Shown one piece after another: positions 29,182 to 38,740 of a stretch of 64,000 nt of DNA. Within the stretch, counting starts at the first letter, position 1. Each line of letters starts with the position of its first letter. The notes below the pieces were generated by a model. That model did no database searches and had not been told where the DNA came from. It was given only the letters and a program-made list of their open reading frames with translations. Source of the DNA: Alphaproteobacteria bacterium (GTDB lineage Bacteria; Pseudomonadota; Alphaproteobacteria; SMXP01); the NCBI GenBank assembly GCA_028285305.1, contig JANQPV010000037.1, forward strand, positions 94,838 through 158,837. Reading direction: 5' to 3'. Position numbers and translations under genes: made by a program.

Positions 29182-29207
29182 ATACGCCGATCGCGAGACC
29201 GGCGTAT
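29182..29207. terminator. intrinsic terminator hairpin between convergent genes (ATACGCCG-N10-CGGCGTAT, followed by a T-run on the minus strand)
   Basis: I read a perfect 8-bp stem directly from the sequence. On the minus strand it is followed by TTTTTGTTT, immediately downstream of the stop of the 544-aa gene. Confidence 0.5.
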
Positions 29208-29210
29208 GGT

Positions 29211-30800
29211 TCAACTCAGGGGCGGCTTAGCCGCAGCTTGCCGCTTAAAGAGGCTTTCGGCGCGCCGGATCAAGGAAGCGACGAATCCAACTTTCTTGTC
29301 GCCCCGCATAAGCGGCAATATATCTCTGTTCAGTGTTGACGGCGACAGCACGAGGTTCTGCCCCAGCACAACCAAATGATCCCGCCAGGTAATCCGTTTA
29401 TTCATTGTTTGCGCCAGAAACGGAACAAAGGCCCGCGCCGTTTCCGAAAACGTCAGTGTGGGAAATGCTTTACGCAACTTCGATGCTCGTTGTGTTGCGT
29501 CGGACGTGCCATAAATCGCGGCCAACTCATCGAGAGCCGGCGCCATCCGTTCTGTTAACCACACCGCCCTCTGGTCGTTAGGAATTGGTTCTCGCTCAAC
29601 GTCATCATAGAGTGTGATGAGACCCTCTGCCACGTCTGGTCTGGTTTCGGCGCCGACATTTCCCAGAACCAAGAGGTCATGAAGAGCATAGGCCCGTAAG
29701 ACGCCGTTTCGATCGGATGCTCCGCGCAGACTGAGAAACAATCCGACCTGCGCAGCCGCCAGTTCGGCCTCAATTTCCTTTTCCGTGCGATTGAGCAGGA
29801 CCCGTACCGAGAAAGGATAGCGACACTTCCGATCACGGACAAACTCTTCAAGAGACTCGTAGTCATGTAATTGCCTGAGCGCCGCAAGCTCTTCACCGGT
29901 AATCTCGTAAACGGCTGAGAGAAAGTCGTGCAGTACTTCGAACGGATCATTGTTGGAACCCTCCAAAGCGCTCAAATCGGAAACGAAACCAGCAACCGTC
30001 AAACACGCAGATTTAGGAAGCTCCCCGGTTGCGACGCGTGCCGCAATTCCATCCAACAACTCAAGAAGCCCCAGATAGTTGTCAGGACTGTAAACATCCG
30101 TTCCTTTGTTGCGACGAAAATTCCCAAAGAGAATCATATTGAATGTGTCGGAGGATCGAGCTGCAACCAAAGGCTCTACGCTCTGAGTCCTCTCGATGTT
30201 ACTTGGTATACCAATCACCTTTACGTCACGCGTCGAGGGCGCAACCATCCGCGCGATCGACAAGCCCAGAAACTTCGTTTTGTGAATAGCCTCAAGTTCA
30301 TAAGTCGAGCTTACCGCAATCGATCCGAAGCGCGCGCATGGCAAGAACAAAGCCATGTTAAAAAGCGTCGCAGCCAATCCGGCACGATTTCCTGCTTCAC
30401 TGAACTCATGCACGTAGGTCGCCAAGAGTCGTCGCGTCCCGCCGTGTTCGTGTGTGCCAGCAATAAGCCGCGAAAGTTCCGCGAACATGGACCCAAGTCC
30501 GAAATGGATATCAGGTTGATTGTAAAGAACGATTTGCGCCCGCTGGGTATTGCTGGGACCCATCTGCTCCAACAGTCGAAATAGGCTCTGAGCTTGCTCG
30601 GTCGGAGAGAGGTCAGGACCGATCGCTGTCACATCCAAAACCTTGGCATCCACCCCCATCTCGCATAGGCCTTGGACGACAAGACGCGCAAATGTGTAAA
30701 TGCCGTTTTGGTGCTCTATGCATGAGCAAACTGGAACGACGACCTGAACTTCGCCGGATAGCAGCGACCGGACTCTATCGTCTTGGGGAACAACCAACAT
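29211..30800 (-). CDS. hypothetical protein, glycosyltransferase group-1 (GT4)-like core with C-terminal extension of unknown function
   Basis: The N-terminal half resembles a GT-B Rossmann fold (LVVPQDD...VVVPV, then VKVIGIPSN...FNMILFGNFRRNKGTD, cf. the GT4 motif G.....KG.D.L). About 250 C-terminal residues have no similarity I recognise. The likely start is the ATG at 30800. Confidence 0.4.
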   Translation of the reverse strand: MLVVPQDDRVRSLLSGEVQVVVPVCSCIEHQNGIYTFARLVVQGLCEMGVDAKVLDVTAIGPDLSPTEQAQSLFRLLEQMGPSNTQRAQIVLYNQPDIHFGLGSMFAELSRLIAGTHEHGGTRRLLATYVHEFSEAGNRAGLAATLFNMALFLPCARFGSIAVSSTYELEAIHKTKFLGLSIARMVAPSTRDVKVIGIPSNIERTQSVEPLVAARSSDTFNMILFGNFRRNKGTDVYSPDNYLGLLELLDGIAARVATGELPKSACLTVAGFVSDLSALEGSNNDPFEVLHDFLSAVYEITGEELAALRQLHDYESLEEFVRDRKCRYPFSVRVLLNRTEKEIEAELAAAQVGLFLSLRGASDRNGVLRAYALHDLLVLGNVGAETRPDVAEGLITLYDDVEREPIPNDQRAVWLTERMAPALDELAAIYGTSDATQRASKLRKAFPTLTFSETARAFVPFLAQTMNKRITWRDHLVVLGQNLVLSPSTLNRDILPLMRGDKKVGFVASLIRRAESLFKRQAAAKPPLS

Positions 30801-31157
30801 GATACTCACTTCACTACTGAACGCACAGGCTCTATTCACCCGCACGGGAACCTAATGCAAAGCCAAGAGCTCAACAATTCAAATTCAGAAAAAATTTGTT
30901 AACAAAGAGGTTATCAGTAGATTTGGTGAGCACACTGTAGAAAAACTGTGACAAAACAAACGTCGTTCCGCATGGAGTTAACCAGAGAATGGTTAAGTCA
31001 AGACCAAACCCTATCATTTACCAATTGAACTCACTTATGGCACTAATCTGCACAAGGATATATTGTTACACGCCCGCAGTCGGCCTGGCTTGCCCAGACT
31101 ACTAACATTGGATATTGTACAAGCTGTTTCTCGGACGAATGATGGAAACGGTGACCC

Positions 31158-31961
31158 TTGTACTTTCCAAAAGTACTTCTTAAGCACACTCGCGGCTTTA
31201 CCTGGCTTTTCTTGGCCTTACCTCTATCGTTTGCCACATTGGTTTCGGCGCCAAGCCGCAGTGCAGAACCAGTCCTCGTAGCCGTTGCAACGAACTTCGC
31301 GCAACCATTTGAAGAAATCGCGGCATCGTTCACCAAAGAGACCGGCCACAATGTCCGGATAGCCACAGGATCGTCCGGAAAATTCTATGCTCAAATTGTC
31401 CATGGAGCGCCCTATGATGTTTTTTTGTCAGCTGATAGGGAACGTCCCGCAAGACTGATTGAGCTAAGCCACGCCGTACAAGGATCACGGTTTACCTATG
31501 CGGAAGGGCGACTCGCTCTCTGGAGCAGGAACGCGGCGCAACGCGAAACCTCTTGGCAGGAGATTCTTCGAAAGGGCAGCTTCCGGAAGCTCGCGATGGC
31601 TAATCCCGATGTGGCTCCGTATGGCAAAGCAGCACAGGAAGTCCTCATCGCACTCGGCGTGCACGACCTTCTCCGACCTAAGATTGTCTTAGGGGAGAAT
31701 ATTGGCCAGGCATTCGCAATGGTCGCTACGGGAAACGCAGATTGGGGCCTTGTCGCCACCTCGTCATTTGCCGCCCTCGACAACCCGGATCTAGGGACCA
31801 AATTGCCGATCCCCTCGCAAAAGCACGCACCCATTCGGCAAGATGCGGTTTTGCTGACCCGGAGCGCCGACAACGAGATGGCGGTCGCTTTAATTGCTTT
31901 TTTGAGAAGCGAGACCGCCAAAGCCATCATCCACCGATACGGCTACGGAACCAGTGGGTAA
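31158..31961 (+). CDS. modA: molybdate ABC transporter substrate-binding protein
   Basis: Signal peptide with AXA cleavage (…ATLVSA/PS), then ModA-family sequence (VLVAVATNFAQPFEEIAASF…). It starts with TTG immediately after an in-frame stop. Confidence 0.8.
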   Translation: MYFPKVLLKHTRGFTWLFLALPLSFATLVSAPSRSAEPVLVAVATNFAQPFEEIAASFTKETGHNVRIATGSSGKFYAQIVHGAPYDVFLSADRERPARLIELSHAVQGSRFTYAEGRLALWSRNAAQRETSWQEILRKGSFRKLAMANPDVAPYGKAAQEVLIALGVHDLLRPKIVLGENIGQAFAMVATGNADWGLVATSSFAALDNPDLGTKLPIPSQKHAPIRQDAVLLTRSADNEMAVALIAFLRSETAKAIIHRYGYGTSG

Positions 31962-31970
31962 AATCACACC

Positions 31971-32636
31971 ATGCTAGGCCCAATAGCGCTGACCATCTTA
32001 CTAGCCCTGACCACGACTGTGGCTCTGCTGCTGATCGGAACCCCTCTCGCTTGGTGGTTGGCGAACACACGCTCGAGACTAAAACCCATCATCGAAGCCG
32101 TGACGGCCCTACCTCTTGTCCTGCCGCCCACCGTTCTAGGGTTCTATTTACTCGTCTTTCTAAGCCCCACGTCTCCCATTGGAAGTTTCTGGGTTTCATT
32201 GACCGGAACGACTTTGACATTTTCCTTTTTGGGCTTGCTCATCGCGTCCATCCTGTACTCACTGCCGTTCACCGTCCAGCCGTTGCAGGCGACGTTTGAG
32301 AGTATCGGCAAGGCCCCTTTAGAGGCGGCGGCGAGCTTGCGGGCCTCTCCTATCGACGCCTTCTTCTCGGTTGCAGTCCCTTTGTCAGCACGCGGATTTC
32401 TGACTGCCAGCGTCCTAACATTTGCCCATACGGTTGGCGAGTTCGGAGTTGTTTTGATGGTCGGCGGAAACATTCCCGGAAAGACTCAGGTCATTTCCAT
32501 TGCCGTATACGAACATGTGGAGACCTTGCAGTATTCACAGGCGCATCTCCTGTCCGCCGGCCTGTTGGTTTTTTCGTTCGTTGTTCTCTTGATTGCCTAC
32601 GGCTCCAATCGGAGATATTCGGTCCGTGTCGCCTAA
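31971..32636 (+). CDS. modB: molybdate ABC transporter permease
   Basis: Polytopic membrane protein of 221 aa with an ABC-permease EAA-like loop (LEAAASLRASP). Confidence 0.8.
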   Translation: MLGPIALTILLALTTTVALLLIGTPLAWWLANTRSRLKPIIEAVTALPLVLPPTVLGFYLLVFLSPTSPIGSFWVSLTGTTLTFSFLGLLIASILYSLPFTVQPLQATFESIGKAPLEAAASLRASPIDAFFSVAVPLSARGFLTASVLTFAHTVGEFGVVLMVGGNIPGKTQVISIAVYEHVETLQYSQAHLLSAGLLVFSFVVLLIAYGSNRRYSVRVA

Positions 32637-33714
32637 ACTCCTGCACGTGGAATTCAAAAGGGCTCTCGACGAGTTCGAGCTTGACGTGAATCAAACCTTC
32701 GCGCTCGCGGGTATAACGGCTATCTTCGGCCCGAGCGGGAGCGGCAAAAGCTCGCTTTTACGAGTCATTTCGGGCTTTGAAAAGGCTGTAGGCCGCGTGG
32801 TGTTCGACGGTGATGTATGGCTGGATACAGAGCAAAGAATCGACGTGCCACCTCACATCCGGCCGGTCGGATTCATGTTTCAAACACCCCAGCTTTTTAC
32901 TCATCTGGACGTGGAACAAAATCTAAAATATGCCGCGGACAGGGCCCCTGAAAATGCCACGTCCGTTACGCTCAGTGATGTCGTCTCCGCGTTCGACTTA
33001 CAGGACTTCGGGTCACGAAACGTTTCCTCATTGTCGGGAGGAGAGCGCCAGCGAGTCGCCTTGGCGCGCACTTTGCTGAGCCGACCAAAACTCCTGCTGT
33101 TGGACGAGCCTCTCTCGGCGCTCGATGCTGAACGCAAAGGCGAGATCATGCCTTACCTGGAACAAATGACCAACACCTTCGGTGTTCCAGCCCTCTTCGT
33201 GACACACTCCGTAGACGAAGTTATACGCTTGGCTGACCAGATGATCATCATGCGACAAGGTACGGTCAAAGAGTCTGGAAAGACGTCCGACCTGCTCGAG
33301 CGGTTCGATATTTCCGGCTTGACCGACCCTTTCGACGGCAGTGTCGTGGTTGAAGCACACGTCATTCATCAAGACCGGCATTATCACCTCACGCACTTGA
33401 CGATCGATGGCCAAAAGGTGAGCGTCCCATCGACGCATCCAGTCAAATCGGGCACCGTTCTGCGTCTGCGGATCCGTGCGCGCGATGTCGCATTGGCACG
33501 GGAGCGACCGGCTCTGTCCAGCGTTCAAAATGTCTTGTCGGGCACTCTTTCCGAGCTTCAATCGGACACAAACTCGGCCTATGCCGACGCACTCATTGAT
33601 CTTGGCACGGTGCGTCTTCGCTCCAAAGTCACGCGGAAGTCGGTCGATGACTTAAAACTTAAGAAGGGCGATTCCGTCTTCGCATTGATCAAGAGTGTGA
33701 GTTTGGAAGTCTGA
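32593..33714 (+). CDS. modC: molybdate ABC transporter ATP-binding protein (with C-terminal TOBE/Mop domain)
   Basis: Walker A GPSGSGKSS, the LSGGERQRVALAR signature and Walker B LLLDEP. The C-terminal TOBE domain gives a length of 373 aa. The start may instead be the in-frame GTG at 32617. Confidence 0.8.
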   Translation: MPTAPIGDIRSVSPKLLHVEFKRALDEFELDVNQTFALAGITAIFGPSGSGKSSLLRVISGFEKAVGRVVFDGDVWLDTEQRIDVPPHIRPVGFMFQTPQLFTHLDVEQNLKYAADRAPENATSVTLSDVVSAFDLQDFGSRNVSSLSGGERQRVALARTLLSRPKLLLLDEPLSALDAERKGEIMPYLEQMTNTFGVPALFVTHSVDEVIRLADQMIIMRQGTVKESGKTSDLLERFDISGLTDPFDGSVVVEAHVIHQDRHYHLTHLTIDGQKVSVPSTHPVKSGTVLRLRIRARDVALARERPALSSVQNVLSGTLSELQSDTNSAYADALIDLGTVRLRSKVTRKSVDDLKLKKGDSVFALIKSVSLEV

Positions 33715-33721
33715 TTGAAAT

Positions 33722-34894
33722 CTACGCAGCACCGGCGTCTTTGGCTTCCTGCCAAGCGGCTTCCGCCATCGGCCGTACGCTATCGGAAAGCTCTTTGGCG
33801 TTGGCAGCCGCAGCCGTACCATCTCGCACGCGTCCCAATATACCTTGGGAAATCGCGGCTGAGCGGAAGATATTATATGCCTTATAGAAACTAAGGTTTT
33901 CTATGGGGCCACGCCCTACCCGCTCGCAATATTTGGCGACATAGTCTTCGAACGACGGGATACCCAGGCTCGCAATATCTTTGCCTCGAAAGGCACCGCG
34001 CCCATCCGCAATAACGGGGCGGTACCAAGGCATCGTGTTATAGGTCAGGTCCCCCAAAGGATGACCAGTGGTACAGAGTTCCCAATCGAGAACGGCGGCA
34101 ACGCGTGGCTCCGTCGGATGGCAAAGGATGTTATGAAAAGAGTAATCGCCGTGCACCAAGGTGGTCTGGTCATCATCGGGGATCGCGCCCGGCAACCATT
34201 CGATAAGCTTCTCCATTTCCTCAATATGCTGAGTTTCGGAGAGCTTGTATTGCTTGGTCCACCGTGAAATCTGGCGCGCAAAGTAATTGCCTTCCCGGCC
34301 AAAGTCCTCCAACCCCAGAGCCTTGTAGTCGATCAAATGAAACTTCGCGATCGTTTCATTGACAGAGTCAAATACGGCCGCACGTTCTTCGTTTGTCAGA
34401 TCCGGCATGAACGGGTCCCAAAAAACGCGCCCTTCCACGTGGCTCATGACATAAAAGATCGTTCCGGCCACCGACTCGTCCTCGCAAAAGGTCAGCGCCG
34501 TGGGGACTGGAAAATCAGTTTGATTGAGCGCGCTCATAACCCGGTACTCGCGATCCACGGCGTGTGCCGATTTCAGGAGTTTTCCCGGCGGCTTGCGCCG
34601 CATCACATATTTTCTCTTCGGTGTAATAAGCAGGTATGTAGGACAAGATTGTCCGCCTTCAAATTGTTTGACTGTGAGCGGACCTTCATAACCCTCAATC
34701 GTATCACCTAGATAGGTATGCAAGTGTCCTTCATCTATCCGGTGCTGGTCTTTGACGTCCACCGTCTCTCCGAGATACTTCTTGTACTCCACCGCCATAA
34801 GCGTTTCTCCCATCTGAGCGGTCATGATCTGGGGCAAGCGCTGGATCTGGGGCCTGCACGATCTGCCGCCGATCTCTTTTGTACCTTTCATCAA
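33722..34894 (-). CDS. phosphotransferase family protein (APH-like kinase fold)
   Basis: Conserved block GPLTVKQFEGGQSCPTYLL and catalytic-loop region VHGDYSFHNIL...DWELCTTGHPLGD. The start codon is uncertain; there are several in-frame Mets. Confidence 0.65.
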   Translation of the reverse strand: MMKGTKEIGGRSCRPQIQRLPQIMTAQMGETLMAVEYKKYLGETVDVKDQHRIDEGHLHTYLGDTIEGYEGPLTVKQFEGGQSCPTYLLITPKRKYVMRRKPPGKLLKSAHAVDREYRVMSALNQTDFPVPTALTFCEDESVAGTIFYVMSHVEGRVFWDPFMPDLTNEERAAVFDSVNETIAKFHLIDYKALGLEDFGREGNYFARQISRWTKQYKLSETQHIEEMEKLIEWLPGAIPDDDQTTLVHGDYSFHNILCHPTEPRVAAVLDWELCTTGHPLGDLTYNTMPWYRPVIADGRGAFRGKDIASLGIPSFEDYVAKYCERVGRGPIENLSFYKAYNIFRSAAISQGILGRVRDGTAAAANAKELSDSVRPMAEAAWQEAKDAGAA

Positions 34895-35461
34895 GGACGA
34901 GGCGCAGCCAATCCTTATCTAATGGGCACGCCAGTCCATCAGAATGACCCTGTTAGGTGCCATTGTAGGTCGAAGGGGACTTTGGCGAAAGATAGGAAAG
35001 GGGCTTGGATTGACGCCTCTAACGAGAATCACAAACTGCGCACGAAAACCCTCGAAGCCTCGTCCCATCAACGCCTGAAGCACCGCCGCCTTCTTTTCAT
35101 CAAATTCGGATGGCTGAACACGGGGGCAAGAACGGCACGGAGTTTGCGTTAACCAGCAAGCGCATCTGAGAGCGGCGCCCATTGGCAAATCTCCCTGCGC
35201 AACCTCCGCAAGAATTGCACGGAGGTTCGGGTAACAGTCTCGTTTTTATCTTAATCCGAGGCTGCGGTGAAAGGTAGCGGCAACAGGAACATGGCAAAGA
35301 ATCAACTCGAAAAACGCTGCCGAATTCCGTATGTTCAAAGCGATTCTTGCAACGTGCACGCAGTCGCAAATCAAAATCTAAATTTGTTACTTGCCAAATT
35401 GAAACAAAACCAAATGGAAACGCGGTCGATTTGATTCATCGGGGGTAACGAGGAGGGTATA

Positions 35462-37069
35462 GTGGTTTCCAAATCCGGCATTCTGAGCGCGCTTGGCGTT
35501 TCTTCCAAAGCACCGATCCATCACAACTGGACGGAGGCATTACTTTACGAAGAGGCCGTGCGCAGAGGTGAAGGAGAAATCGCAAGAGGTGGCCCGCTCG
35601 TTGTCAAAACCGGACAGCACACGGGACGGTCCGCAAAAGACAAGTTTACCGTGCGCGATGCTGAAACCGAGGACAATGTTTGGTGGGACAATAACGCCTC
35701 GGTCTCTCCTCAACACTTTGACGCGATTTGGGCCGACTTCCAAAAGCACCTCACGGACCGCGAGATTTTCGTTCAGGACCTATTTGGTGGTGCCGATCCG
35801 AAACACCGCCTGTCCGTCCGGATCATAAATGAACTGGCATGGCACAACTTGTTCATCCGCCACTTGCTACGGATCCCGACAGCAGATGAGTTGGAAACCT
35901 TTGAACCGGAATTCACAATCATAAATCTGCCGAGTTTCAAAGCTGACCCGGAGCGCCACGGCTGCCGCTCCGAAACGGTCATCGCTGTAAACTTCGCCAA
36001 GAAGCTGATTTTGATCGGCGGCACGTCTTATGCCGGCGAAACCAAGAAGTCCGTCTTTACACTGCTGAACTACCTATTGCCGAAAAAAGAGATTTTGCCG
36101 ATGCATTGTTCGGTGAATGTCGGCGAAGACGGCAATGCCGCCGTGTTCTTTGGCCTGTCCGGAACCGGCAAGACAACCCTCTCGGCAGACCCAAATCGCA
36201 AGTTGATTGGCGATGATGAGCACGGTTGGTCCACAGATGGATTGTTTAATTTTGAGGGCGGTTGCTACGCCAAAATGATCCGCTTGTCGGAAAAGGCGGA
36301 GCCGGAAATCTTTGCCACAACCCGCAAATGGGGCACGGTGCTGGAAAATGTCGTCATGGATCCGCTCACCCGCGAGCTCGATCTAGATGACGATACGCTT
36401 GCGGAAAACAGCCGTGGCGCCTACCCTATCGATTATATTCCGAACATTCTCGAAGACGGCGTGTGCGGCGATCCGAACAACATTATCATGTTGACGTGCG
36501 ATGCCTTCGGCGTTTTGCCTCCCATCGCCAAGCTCAGCACACCCCAGGCCATGTACCACTTCTTGTCGGGTTACACCGCAAAGGTTGCCGGAACCGAAAA
36601 AGGCGTGACCGAGCCCACCGCAACGTTCTCAACCTGCTTTGGCGCCCCGTTCATGCCGCGCCATCCTTCTGTTTACGGCGAACTCCTCCGTACCCGGACT
36701 GAGGCGGCTGGCGCCAGTTGCTGGCTCGTCAATACGGGCTGGACCGGCGGCGCCCATGGCGTTGGCATCCGCATGCCAATAGAGGCCACGCGCAGACTTC
36801 TAAACGCCGCCCTCGACGGCACGCTGAACGATGCGGAATTCCGTGAAGATCCTCATTTCGGCTTCATGGTGCCCACGGAGGTTCCAGGTGTCGACACGGC
36901 GATCCTCGACCCGAGAGGCACATGGGTGGATCAAAGTGCCTACGACACCCAAGCCCAAAAGCTTGTCCGCATGTTCAACAAGAACTTCGAGAAGTTCGCG
37001 GCGCATGTGTCGCAAGATGTATTGGACGCCGCCCCGCGCGCAACAGCGATGAAAGTGGCCGCGGAGTAG
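35462..37069 (+). CDS. pckA: phosphoenolpyruvate carboxykinase (ATP)
   Basis: GTG start with a GAGGAGGG RBS. Kinase-1a loop [11 protein letters not shown] and a full-length PckA sequence of 535 aa. Confidence 0.92.
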   Translation: MVSKSGILSALGVSSKAPIHHNWTEALLYEEAVRRGEGEIARGGPLVVKTGQHTGRSAKDKFTVRDAETEDNVWWDNNASVSPQHFDAIWADFQKHLTDREIFVQDLFGGADPKHRLSVRIINELAWHNLFIRHLLRIPTADELETFEPEFTIINLPSFKADPERHGCRSETVIAVNFAKKLILIGGTSYAGETKKSVFTLLNYLLPKKEILPMHCSVNVGEDGNAAVFFGLSGTGKTTLSADPNRKLIGDDEHGWSTDGLFNFEGGCYAKMIRLSEKAEPEIFATTRKWGTVLENVVMDPLTRELDLDDDTLAENSRGAYPIDYIPNILEDGVCGDPNNIIMLTCDAFGVLPPIAKLSTPQAMYHFLSGYTAKVAGTEKGVTEPTATFSTCFGAPFMPRHPSVYGELLRTRTEAAGASCWLVNTGWTGGAHGVGIRMPIEATRRLLNAALDGTLNDAEFREDPHFGFMVPTEVPGVDTAILDPRGTWVDQSAYDTQAQKLVRMFNKNFEKFAAHVSQDVLDAAPRATAMKVAAE

Positions 37070-37156
37070 GGCCCACTCGCCGCCGAGTGAACAACGAACG
37101 AATTCCCCTTTGCCTGGGCGCGCGAAACTGATAAGCAGAGCGCCTCATTTCAAGAT

Positions 37157-37233
37157 GGGCCTGTAGCTCAGTTGGTTAGAGCCGGCCGCTCATAACGGTC
37201 TGGTCGCTGGTTCGAGTCCAGCCAGGCCCACCA
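37157..37233 (+). tRNA. tRNA with CAT anticodon; features favour tRNA-Ile2 (lysidine, k2CAU) over elongator tRNA-Met
   Basis: I folded a cloverleaf by eye: acceptor GGGCCTG/CAGGCCC, D-arm GTAGCTCAGTTGGTTAGAGC, anticodon loop CT-CAT-AA, T-arm GGTTCGAGTCC, 3' CCA encoded. C4-G69 and C5-G68, and a T-arm/variable region near-identical to E. coli tRNA-Ile2, suggest TilS-substrate identity. Confidence 0.85.
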
Positions 37234-37264
37234 TCCAACCGGAACATTCTGCAATGGCCAAATC

Positions 37265-37609
37265 CTAGAGCACCTTGCTCCCCTGCACGGCCTTGAGCCC
37301 CACAATAACTTTGCCATCCTTCTCAAACACCGGCCGTTTGATGAGTGTGGGATGCTCCGCCATGAGGGCGACCGCTTTGGCCTCGGAAAGATCAGACTTG
37401 TCGCTCTCATCCAATCCCCGCCAGGTGGTGCTGGATTTGTTCAAGAGGACTTCCCACCCCACTTTCGCGGCCCATCGCTTGATGTCTTCGGAGGAAACGC
37501 CGTCCGCCCGTACATCGACCCACTGATAGTCAGCCGAGCGTTCGTCCAGCCACTTGCGCGCTTTGCGGCAGGTATCGCACGTCTTCAATCCATACACGGT
37601 GAGCATCAC
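37265..37609 (-). CDS. ArsC/Spx/YffB family protein (arsenate-reductase-like thioredoxin fold)
   Basis: MLTVYGLKTCDTCRKARKWL...PTLIKRPV is a classic YffB/ArsC-family N-terminal motif. Confidence 0.8.
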   Translation of the reverse strand: MMLTVYGLKTCDTCRKARKWLDERSADYQWVDVRADGVSSEDIKRWAAKVGWEVLLNKSSTTWRGLDESDKSDLSEAKAVALMAEHPTLIKRPVFEKDGKVIVGLKAVQGSKVL

Positions 37610-37996
37610 TATCGGGCCTCTCTCATTGTCGAGAGCGCGAAAGTAGCAATTGGCGGGAGAAAGGGGCAGGCGAAACGACTCGAGATCCTGAAGGACCCAC
37701 AGAATTCTCTGGCTCTAGAGGCTCTGGACCGGAGACTTATTCAAACCGCTCAACAACGGGCAGGTCGGCCAAGTCCATCGAGGCTCTGGCGGAGCCCGAA
37801 AAGACACCGGCCAGTGCAATAAGAAGACTGAGCAAGACAGCCGCGCCAAGCGTTAGCGAAGAAAGACGAATCATAATTTACCCACACTTTGAGCCTCTAG
37901 TGCGGCGCGGGGCCGGACGGGCTCTGATATGTGTTTGGTCTTACCCCGGTTCGGGTTAACGTCCGGTTCAATCTGTCGGGAAAAAGGAGGACAAAT

Positions 37997-38722
37997 ATGG
38001 ATCGCACACCGCTTACAAAGGGCGTCACAAGGCTCTTTACCGCCGCTGTGATGTGTTGGATGATCCCCGCCATGGCGAACGCAGAAGACATGCAGCGCAT
38101 GCTCACCGTCAGCGGCACGGGCGAAGTCTCCGCACCCCCCGACATTGTGACACTCTCTGCGGGTGTGGCCACGACGGCGGAAAAAGCCAAGGACGCCCTG
38201 GCCGCGAACAGCACCGCAATGAATCAAATATTCTCGGCCATGAAAGCCTTTGGCATCGCCGAGAAAGATATTCAGACCAGTAACTTTTCCATCTCGCAGC
38301 AATACGAGTCCCTGAAGGCGTCATCGTCCCGGTCCGGCGCCCGCAGCATTGTCGGCTATCAAGTCTCCAATCGGGTGATCGTGATCGTGCGCGAAATCGA
38401 CAAAGCGGGCCAAGCCCTCGACGCCTTCGTGGAAGCCGGCGCGAACGATGTATCGGGGGTCGTCTTTGGCTTTGACAACCCGGCGCCGCTGTTGGACGAA
38501 GCGCGCAAAAAGGCCGTGTCCGACGCACGCCGCAAGGCCGTCTTGTTGACGGAAAGCGCCGGCGTCACCTTAGGTCCGGTACTGACGATCCATGAGGGCC
38601 ACGGCGCCGTGCCGGTGACCCGGGCATTCCGAATGGATATGGCGGAAGCCGCCGCCGTCCCGATTGCCAGCGGCGAAAGCAAATTGGCCGTCAACGTTAC
38701 TGTCTCATTTGCCATCGAGTAA
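37997..38722 (+). CDS. SIMPL domain-containing protein (DUF541 / YggE-like), secreted
   Basis: Signal peptide, then the SIMPL pattern (LTVSGTGEVSAPPDIVTLSAGV ... AKDALAANSTAMNQIF). The start is at Met23 of the listed ORF. Confidence 0.7.
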   Translation: MDRTPLTKGVTRLFTAAVMCWMIPAMANAEDMQRMLTVSGTGEVSAPPDIVTLSAGVATTAEKAKDALAANSTAMNQIFSAMKAFGIAEKDIQTSNFSISQQYESLKASSSRSGARSIVGYQVSNRVIVIVREIDKAGQALDAFVEAGANDVSGVVFGFDNPAPLLDEARKKAVSDARRKAVLLTESAGVTLGPVLTIHEGHGAVPVTRAFRMDMAEAAAVPIASGESKLAVNVTVSFAIE

Positions 38723-38740
38723 TATCCAAGGAGCAGAAAC

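Noticed and set aside
34895-35461. Approximately 560 bp AT-rich leader upstream of pckA as a riboswitch or ncRNA
   Set aside because: I see no recognisable riboswitch consensus. Long regulatory leaders upstream of pckA are common in alphaproteobacteria, so I treat it as ordinary promoter/UTR DNA.
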